Assembly: GCF_006345805.1 (NCBI RefSeq)
Contig: NW_021829510.1
Span: 1-6,022, forward strand
Length of the DNA stretch: 6,022 bases
Direction: 5' to 3'
Source: Octopus sinensis
Taxonomy: Eukaryota
The stretch's first letter is position 1. Each line of letters opens with the position of its first letter. Below are positions 1-6,022 of this stretch, piece after piece. The position numbers and the translations under genes are program-made. The notes beneath the pieces are model-generated. The model was not told where the DNA came from. It ran no database searches and worked only from the letters and a program-made list of their open reading frames with translations.

Positions 1-17
1 AGCCACTCCTACACCTA
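1..17 (-). mobile_element. 5' tip of a family-B tRNA-derived SINE running off the left edge
   Basis: Bases 1-17 (AGCCACTCCTACACCTA) match 3717-3733 (AGCCACGCCTGCACCTA), the start of the family-B head, at 15/17. Confidence 0.5.
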
Positions 18-459
18 TGTGATGTTTCTGTTGATCTTCTTTGGTTTTCTTTTCCTTTTTTTTCTGTTCATGTTAGCAGTTTTATGGATTTGCAACAGAA
101 TTAAATATTGCAAAAACTGGGTTAGTGTAATGCTCATTTTTAAATATAACGTACCCTGTTTGCTGACTTAGAAGAATCGCGGGCGTATTAGACGCACCCC
201 AATTACACTAGCGCGTGTTCTGGAAAAAGGATTGGGATCTTTTCCTTTTGAACGGCAGACAATTTCTAGTTAAGTAAACACTTTAAAACTTCGTATATTG
301 GTAGAATGTATCAAAATAAAACATTATTTTCTCTTGGCTTTCTTGAGAAAATTGTAATTTGTTTAACGTAGTTTAATTTTTCGAATTTTAACCAATCCTA
401 TGCTCTCTTTTGAGCTAAAATCATTTGCTTCGTCTTAAACTGAGACAACATCCTGTAAC

Positions 460-488
460 TAACCCTAACCCCCCCCCCCTAACCCTAA
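460..488 (-). repeat. Telomere-like (TAACCC) module with a C11 run in the left arm of the foldback
   Basis: TAACCCTAA-C11-TAACCCTAA read directly. Confidence 0.85.
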
Positions 489-587
489 CTCTAATTTTTT
501 TTTCTTAATTGTTAAATTAATTTGTTATGCGTGTAAAAAAAATAAAGCAATGGAATTAAATTAATTTAACAATTAAGAAAAAAAAAT

Positions 588-615
588 TTAGGGTTAGGGG
601 GAGGTTTAGGGTTAG
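588..615 (+). repeat. Telomere-like (TTAGGG) module in the right arm of the foldback
   Basis: TTAGGG TTAGGGGG AGGT TTAGGG TTAG read directly; mirror of 460-488. Confidence 0.85.
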
Positions 616-983
616 TTACAGGATGTTGTCTCAGTTTTAGACGCAGCAAATGATTTTAGTTGAGTGGAGGTAATCGATTGGTTAAAATTGCCGAAATGCT
701 CGGATTTTCAGACGAAATATCTTACAAACTATAGAATTTTCTCAATAAAACCAAGAGAAAATGATGTTTTATAAACACATTCTACCAGTATACGAAGTTT
801 ATAAGTGTTTAGTTAACTAGAAATTGTGTTGACATCTGCCGTTCAGAAGGAAAAGATCCAAGAATTGTAATGTCATGAAGCAGGGACAAAGTTAGCTTAT
901 AGGGATAGGATGTGGTTGTATATTTCAATTATATGAGTTAACTTTCCGAGAATAGTGTCTTCTTTTAGGTACGGGATTCAAGG

Positions 984-1036
984 TTTTTTCTTTCTGTTTT
1001 TTTTTCCTTTTCTTTTTCTTTTTTTTTTTTCATTTT
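984..1036 (+). repeat. T-rich polypyrimidine low-complexity tract
   Basis: Almost entirely T/C, with T runs of 10 or more. Confidence 0.8.
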
Positions 1037-1330
1037 ATGTTGGTTCGAGCCTCCGCAAACGAGTTGAAAATAAGATTCCGCGGCACCCATCATATATGTT
1101 TATCTTGAACATCAGCATATGATTTTTTTTTTGTCTTCTCACATGTACAACAGTTCCTTGGATACAGGGGTTCCTCTGCTACAGATATCAGCGCTTGTCC
1201 CACGGTCGTATGGAAATGCCTACGGCAGAATTAGAACCACAAACCATAAACTGGACGCCCAGTAGTTTACCTGCTCCGTCATTTGTTTTATCACCCTTGT
1301 AAAACTATTGCATGAAAAGGCGAGTTACCC

Positions 1331-1523
1331 TGTGGGTGGGTAGTAAAGAAATAGGTATTTCGTCTGCGCTACGTTCTGAGTTCAAATTCCGCCGAGGTCG
1401 ACTTTGCCTTTCATCCTTTCGGGGTCGATAAATTAAGTACCAGTTGCGTTCTGGGGTCGACCTAATTGACTGGCCCCCCTACCCATAATTTCGGGCCTTG
1501 TGCCAAGAGTAGAAAAATATATT
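1331..1523 (+). mobile_element. Family-A tRNA-derived SINE, headless; begins with a tail-to-body junction
   Basis: B box GAGTTCAAATTCC at 1378-1390. The core GCCTTTCATCCTTTCGGGGTCGATAAATTAAGTACCAG is shared with the copies at 1546-1716, 2774-2909 and 3288-3631. From memory the core resembles the MetaSINE domain and an abundant Octopus SINE (unverified). Confidence 0.9.
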
Positions 1524-1545
1524 AATTTCTATATTTTATATAGAA

Positions 1546-1716
1546 AATAATCCTCTCTTCTATAGGCACTGGGGGTTGGGGGGGGTAGTCGATTATATCG
1601 ATCCCAGTACTCAATTGGTACTTATTTTATCGAATCCGATGGATGAAAGGCAAAGTCTACCTCGGTGGAATTTGAAATCAGAACGTAAAGCCGGAAGAAA
1701 TGCCACCAAGCATTTC
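1546..1716 (-). mobile_element. Family-A SINE, 5'-truncated, tail-to-tail with the 1331-1523 copy
   Basis: The reverse complement aligns to 1355-1523 through the degenerate B box (GATTTCAAATTCC), the core and the GTGCC...AGA...ATT tail. Confidence 0.9.
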
Positions 1717-1845
1717 AAGCCTGGTACTCATTCTATCGGACCCTTTTGCCGAACCACTAATTCACGGGGACGTAAACACACCAACACCGGTTGTCAAGTT
1801 GTTGCAGGGTACACAGACTCAAAGACACACGCACACGCATGTATG
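1717..1845 (-). mobile_element. Internal/3' fragment of a family-B SINE
   Basis: On the - strand it reads (TG)-rich...CTTGACAACCGGTGTTGGTGTGTTTACGTCCCCGTGAATTAGTGGTTCGGCAAAAGGGTCCGATAGAATGAGTACCAGGCTT. I recognise this from memory as the body of the Octopus SINE whose head is at 3632-3733. There is no overlapping second copy in the window to confirm it. Confidence 0.7.
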
Positions 1846-2030
1846 TCTATGTGTTTGCTATTCAAAGACGAACGAATGAAATACCATTTCATTCCTTTAT
1901 GTGGAGTTTGGGTGTGGTTAGAAACGTACTACCTTTATTTCAATTACTCGTGTAACGAACAATTTTGATTAACGAACGGGGCTCCGGAATGAATTATATT
2001 CGCATATAGAGACCGCACTGTATTATACAT

Positions 2031-2050
2031 TATATTATATTATATTATAT
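2031..2050. repeat. (TATAT)4 pentanucleotide microsatellite
   Basis: Read directly. Confidence 0.8.
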
Positions 2051-2773
2051 GTTATCAACTGTACCTTTAACTAATTTGATAGTAATTTGTCTCGAAGTTT
2101 GAAACTAAAGAATATGTGTGTGTTCTGTAACGCAGCTCAGTGAATAACGGAGGTATTGAATTAATGATCTAAACAAACTATACAAACTCCACTTACTCTG
2201 GGCAGACAGACGAAGCTATCAGACGAGCAGACAAGCAGGCAGCAGGATAGCTTGATCAAATTATTGCTATATCTTCTGGAAGAACTTGTGTTTTGGTTTC
2301 TCCAAGAGTGTAAATATTTTCTTAAGACGGTGTATAATGGCTCTTCTGAACGTCTTTCATCTCAATACGCGACCCTGCTTCATTAATCAGCAACGGTAGA
2401 CTTATATTAACATTCCACAACATTTACATCGCATGTTTGCGATATTTAATCGTTCTAAATAATTGTTCATTTGTCGTAAATATGGTTAGCAAACAGTAAA
2501 TCTTTTGCTTTGTGGTTTGTTTGTTTGTCAGATTTTCCCCCTAGTTTGTCTCTACCCTATTCGGTTCCAAACCTGTACCCATAACTTCCTTAAAGAGATG
2601 CTGCTCTTTAGATTTAATTAAATCAGATTTGTGTTGTACTTTATACTAAGTTCTTTTTCTGGTCCATCTCAGCGGTATTATTTGGTAAGTAAACTGACTA
2701 GATTAGGTCTTCTTTTGAATTGTTTTTCATTTATTAGGGGTCAAAGATTATAAGCTGATAATTATAATACAAA

Positions 2774-2909
2774 GACGGTGGATTGGCAGACTCGTTAGAG
2801 CGTCAAATATACTGCTTTGCGTTCTAGGTTCAAATCCTGTCAACGTCAATTTTTCTTTTTCCTCCTTTCGGTCGATAAACAAAATACCAGTCTTGTACCA
2901 GGATCGATT
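2774..2909 (+). mobile_element. Old, decayed family-A SINE retaining part of the tRNA head
   Basis: A-box-like TGGCAGACTCG, B-box GGTTCAAATCC, then a decayed core TCCTTTCG-GTCGATAAA...TACCAG...GGATCGAT. Confidence 0.7.
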
Positions 2910-2952
2910 CTTCTCTATCCCTCATTCTTTCTTTCTGACTGGCTCCCCAGAA

Positions 2953-3216
2953 GAGAGCTTCTCAACCATTTTTTTTTTATCACTGGACCCCTTTAAATCC
3001 TATTTTACTCAGCTTCACCCCCATAGCCATTCGACGTTTTAAAAATCCTATTATATTTTATAATTAAATTAAATATTATTAGGAACAGTATTTTTAAAAA
3101 AAATGAAAATATTTTGTGTATTGAAGAAATATAAACAATTTATTTCACATGAGCTTAAGCAACAAAATCCAATATGAACCCCCAATGGTCATATCGGGCC
3201 CGGTTGAGAATCACTG
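2953..3216. mobile_element. hAT (Charlie-like) non-autonomous MITE, 264 bp
   Basis: Right TIR GGTTGAGAATCACTG (3202-3216) matches left GAGAGCTTCTCAACC (2953-2967) at 12/15. Flanking 8-mers CCCCAGAA and CTCGAGAA match 6/8. CAGTG(G/A)TTCTCAA termini and an NTCTAGAN-like target are established Charlie/hAT traits. Confidence 0.8.
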
Positions 3217-3287
3217 CTCGAGAAGAAATCGGTTTTGATCAGACCCGGAAGTAGACTGCGTTAGGTTTAAAAGATCGCCAAGATATG

Positions 3288-3631
3288 CCTATTTCATTAC
3301 TACCCACAAGGGGCTAAACACAGAGAGGACAAACAAGGACAGACAAACGGATTAAGTCGATTATATCGACCCCAGTGCGTAACTGGTACTTATTTAATCG
3401 ACCCCGAAAGGATGAAAGGCAAAGTCGGCCTCGGCGGAATTTGAACTCGGAACGTAACGGCAGACGAAATACCTATTTCATTACTACCCACAAGAGGCTA
3501 AACACAGAGGGGGCAAACAAGGACCGGCAAAGGGATTAAGTCGATTACATCGACCTCAGTGTGTAACTGGTACTTATTTAATTGACCCTGAAAGGCTGAA
3601 AGGCAAAGTCGACCTCGGCGGAATTTGAACT
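3288..3631 (-). mobile_element. Head-to-tail tandem dimer of a headless family-A SINE unit (184-bp period)
   Basis: CCTATTTCATTACTACCCACAAG starts at both 3288 and 3472. The units differ at 13 of 160 aligned positions with no indels. The B box is present (3436-3448) but there is no tRNA A-box head. Confidence 0.93.
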
Positions 3632-3733
3632 AGGTATAGTAGAAGACGCTCAGGGCGTCAAACAGTAGGACTGAACCCGGAACCATGTGGTTGGGGAAGT
3701 AAGCTTCTTACCACACAGCCACGCCTGCACCTA
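3632..3733 (-). mobile_element. tRNA-derived head of a family-B SINE, abutting the family-A dimer
   Basis: On the - strand: A box TGGCTGTGTGG (3721-3711), B box GGTTCAGTCC (3677-3668), then GTCTTCTACTATA. Confidence 0.85.
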
Positions 3734-3861
3734 AATGTGCCGTCAACATTATCGCCCCAAATACTGGAAGTCGGACAGATATCCAGGGTATGGTCGCTGT
3801 CCTATGTTTGAAAGCATCAAAACAATACAAGAATATTGCTCGGGGGTAGAAATAGTTGGGT

Positions 3862-3917
3862 AAGAGAAAGAGAGAGAGAAGGCAAGAGAGAGGGTGGAAA
3901 GAGCGGGAAGGAGAGGC
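3862..3917 (+). repeat. AG-rich polypurine low-complexity tract
   Basis: AAGAGAAAGAGAGAGAGAAGGCAAGAGAGAGGGTGGAAAGAGCGGGAAGGAGAGG. Confidence 0.7.
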
Positions 3918-4136
3918 CTAGTACTGAATGGAGGTAGGAACAGCTGACAGGATGTGTTTCCAACCGAGGTTCTGTGTAACTGTGTTTATTTAGTATTTTC
4001 AGCTCCACCTGTCCGTTTCGCGGTTGGTCATATTTTCGCAATCATAACGGTAAAAAAAAAAAACCTAGAGGAACCGAGAAACGGGTGGAAAGGGAGTAAA
4101 AAGAAGCGAATTGTAACTAGCATCCAACCATTAATA

Positions 4137-4157
4137 TATGCACACGCTAACATATGA

Positions 4158-4188
<31 letters not shown>

Positions 4189-4274
4189 CACACACACATA
4201 CATATATGTGCGTGTGTTTATGTGTGTGCATGTGTATGTATGTATGCATATGCGTTTATATGTATAATATATAT

Positions 4275-4345
<71 letters not shown>

Positions 4346-4420
4346 GTATGCATACATATATATAAACTTATGCACGTATGCGTGTGCGTATGTGTTTGTA
4401 CATGTGTGTGTAACTTCATG

Positions 4421-4457
<37 letters not shown>

Positions 4458-4863
4458 ATATACATACATACATATATATCATATATATATATATATGTAT
4501 GCATATATATATATATATTATATGCATATTTATGTATATATATATATATATGTATGCATATATATATATATATATTATATGCATATTTATGTATATATAT
4601 ATATATATATATGTATGTATATATATACATATACATATATACATATACATATGTTATATATATGTATATATATATACACAACAAATAGAAAGATGTTTAG
4701 ATCCATACCCTTACAAATACATACATACATATATACCCATATATATATATACATCCAGGGATACTCGTACACACGCATACACACACACACACACACACAC
4801 ACGCGCACACGCACACAGACACACACACACACGCACACGCACAACAGTAAACACAAAACACAC
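4137..4863. repeat. Compound (TA)n/(CA)n/(TG)n microsatellite field
   Basis: Includes perfect (TA)29 at 4277-4334 and (AC)12 at 4779-4802. It explains all the YI/HT/CV-repeat ORFs. Confidence 0.97.
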
Positions 4864-5011
4864 GGAGCAGCGATAAACAGAGCAACGCTTCCTTTAACAA
4901 ACCCGGGAAAATATGAAAGTGCTCGGGTTCAGAGCCTGTGTTTGATGTTCTGAAACCAGACCCACTGTGTGGTTCAAGAGGAAACTCTTAAAAGGGGCCT
5001 TCCTTTTGCTT

Positions 5012-5031
5012 TTATTATTATTATTATTATT
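5012..5031. repeat. (TTA)6 microsatellite
   Basis: Read directly. Confidence 0.85.
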
Positions 5032-5279
5032 GTTTGTCTTTTATACTGTTTTGTTACAAATAGCTTATTGAATATTTTATGTCGAGGGTTATTGAGTGCG
5101 TTGGCGGTGTTGATTTCAAATATTATCGTTTCGACAGATATTCGCAGAATCATTTTTTCTTCTTGATTTGTTTTTTTTTTCATTTTGGGTTTCCAAGTTT
5201 CCTTCCTTCTTCCTTGTTTTGTCAGAGCATTTAGGCAGGCGCACGCACCACACCTTTAATAACGTATACATATCTTGTA

Positions 5280-5639
5280 GTGGAGTCGCAATGGCCCAGT
5301 GGTTAGGGCAGCGGACTCGCGGTCGGAGGATCGCGGTTTCGATTCCCAGAGCGAAAACACCTAAAGCTCCACGAGGCTCCGGCAGGGGGTGGTGGTGAAC
5401 CCTGCTGTACTCTTTCTCCACAACTTTCTCTCGCTCTTTCTTCCTGTTTCTCTTGTACCTGTATCTCAAAGGGCCGGCCTTGTCACATTCTGTGTGTCAC
5501 GCTGAATCTCCTCGAGAACTACGTTAAGGTTACACGTGTCTGTGGAGTGCTCAGCCACTTGCACGTTAATATCACGAGCAAGCTGTTCCGTTGATCGTAT
5601 CAGCTGGGACCCTCATCGTCGCAACCGACGGAGTGCTCC
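5280..5639 (+). mobile_element. Near-full-length family-C tRNA-derived SINE (360 bp) with a perfect 15-bp TSD
   Basis: A box TGGCCCAGTGG (5292-5302) and B box GTTTCGATTCC (5336-5346). The TSD TATACATATCTTGTA is at 5265-5279 and 5640-5654. The head looks tRNA-Arg-like (ACTCGCG loop), reminiscent of the octopus OR-type SINEs (recollection). Confidence 0.92.
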
Positions 5640-5727
5640 TATACATATCTTGTATGTTTTAAATGTGTAGACATGAGAGAGAAATTGGATAAAATATATA
5701 CAAATCTCAAATCTCTATATAAATTTG

Positions 5728-5923
5728 TATATACAAATTTATTTAAAACAGCAGAAAATTCAACAAAACCTGTTACTCTGAGTTTCCCGTTGCCGTTCAT
5801 CGGACAGTTTTTGCTAGAATGGAACCGATATGTCAATTCTATCCAGACTATGAACGGCAAGGGGAAACTCGGAAGTAACAGGTTTTGTTGAATTTTCTGC
5901 TGCTTTAAATAAATTTGTATATA
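5728..5923. mobile_element. MITE with ~73-bp TIRs in a TATA context (Tc1/mariner-pogo-like)
   Basis: 5728-5800 pairs with 5850-5923 (3 mismatches, 1 indel) around a 49-nt spacer. The likely element is TA|CAAATTT...AAATTTG|TA (5734-5917). Confidence 0.88.
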
Positions 5924-5924
5924 G

Positions 5925-5928
<4 letters not shown>

Positions 5929-5964
<36 letters not shown>
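5929..5964. repeat. (TA)18 microsatellite
   Basis: Read directly. Confidence 0.95.
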
Positions 5965-5968
<4 letters not shown>

Positions 5969-6022
5969 AAAGAGATTTCCATAACTTCAAGTATATATTG
6001 TGTATATGCATGCATGCATGTA

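Larger units (their letters stand above)
235..859. mobile_element. Non-autonomous foldback/MITE-like DNA transposon with long imperfect TIRs; superfamily tentatively Merlin-like
   Basis: Left arm 235-523 is the reverse complement of right arm 558-859, with a 34-nt spacer. Termini are GGATCTTTTCCTT and AAGGAAAAGATCC. Flanking 8-mers AAGGATTG (227-234) and AAGAATTG (860-867) match 7/8, consistent with a TSD. No ORF. GG...CC termini plus an 8-bp TSD fit Merlin, but that assignment is inference. Confidence 0.85.

Noticed and set aside
152-228. Possible pogo/Tigger-like TIR fragment (TACCCTGTTT...TATTAGACGCACCCC)
   Set aside because: Only a loose resemblance from memory, with no partner end or TSD in the window.
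460-615. Telomere-telomere fusion scar
   Set aside because: The tracts are short, point outward rather than inward, and lie inside a TSD-flanked element.
691-719. 9-11-nt matches between the foldback and family-A SINE, and TGAACGGCA shared by the foldback and the 3' MITE
   Set aside because: Matches this short are expected by chance within 6 kb.
1195-1270. Possible very old - strand SINE head (B-box-like AGAATTAGAACC, CORE-like CTTGTCCCACGG)
   Set aside because: Too degenerate to separate from chance without an alignment.
1874-1894. Perfect 9-bp hairpin GAATGAAAT-ACC-ATTTCATTC
   Set aside because: An isolated AT-rich stem with no supporting context.
1576-1968. 130-aa ORF
   Set aside because: It runs antisense through two SINE fragments, starts at a non-ATG codon and has no recognisable domain.
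2191-2277. - strand exon candidate (CAG acceptor near 2276, GTAAGT donor at 2196-2191)
   Set aside because: Short pyrimidine tract, 79-nt length, unrecognisable peptide and low-complexity CAG/GCAG content.
3288-3631. Hammerhead ribozyme in the tandem unit, or a CRISPR-like array
   Set aside because: I found no CTGANGA core on either strand, and the repeats are contiguous without spacers.
3951-3980. Possible hAT end (GTGTTTCCAACCGAGGTTC)
   Set aside because: No matching opposite TIR or TSD was found.
4028-4953. Nine overlapping ORFs (YIYI/HTHT/CVCV-type, up to 180 aa)
   Set aside because: They are translations of dinucleotide repeats, which lack stop codons, and carry no coding signal.
5150-5225. 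Strong pyrimidine tract ending in CAG (acceptor-like) upstream of the family-C SINE
   Set aside because: No convincing donor or reading frame follows, and T-rich tracts are common in this window.
5281-5350. Possible tRNA-Arg gene
   Set aside because: A and B boxes are present, but there is no acceptor-stem closure and the sequence continues into a 360-bp TSD-flanked body, so it is a SINE head.
4969-5891. ORFs of 65-117 aa at 4969-5469 and 5639-5891
   Set aside because: They overlap (TTA)n, poly-T, the family-C SINE or the palindromic MITE, and show no protein similarity I can recognise.

Overview
Non-coding, AT-rich eukaryotic DNA with no credible CDS. Every ORF in the track is a microsatellite or repeat artefact. 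The SINE families look like those I recall from Octopus/coleoid cephalopod genomes, so the taxon is an inference. About 40% of the window is mobile-element derived. DNA elements: (1) a 625-bp foldback (235-859) with GG...CC ends, an 8-bp TSD and internal telomere-like TAACCC/GGGTTA modules; (2) a 264-bp hAT-type MITE (2953-3216); (3) a ~190-bp TA-flanked MITE (5728-5923) with a mini-remnant beside it. tRNA-derived SINEs fall into three families, labelled A, B and C here. Family A occurs as an inverted pair, a decayed copy and a headless 184-bp tandem dimer. Family B occurs only as fragments, twice fused 5' of A. Family C is one near-full-length copy with a perfect 15-bp TSD. A ~720-bp compound (TA)/(CA)/(TG) microsatellite lies at 4137-4863. 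The most unusual signals are the telomere-motif foldback, a recurrent tail-to-body SINE junction suggesting concatemeric or circular intermediates, and the B-to-A chimeras. A weak 12-nt microexon candidate sits at 2673-2684.
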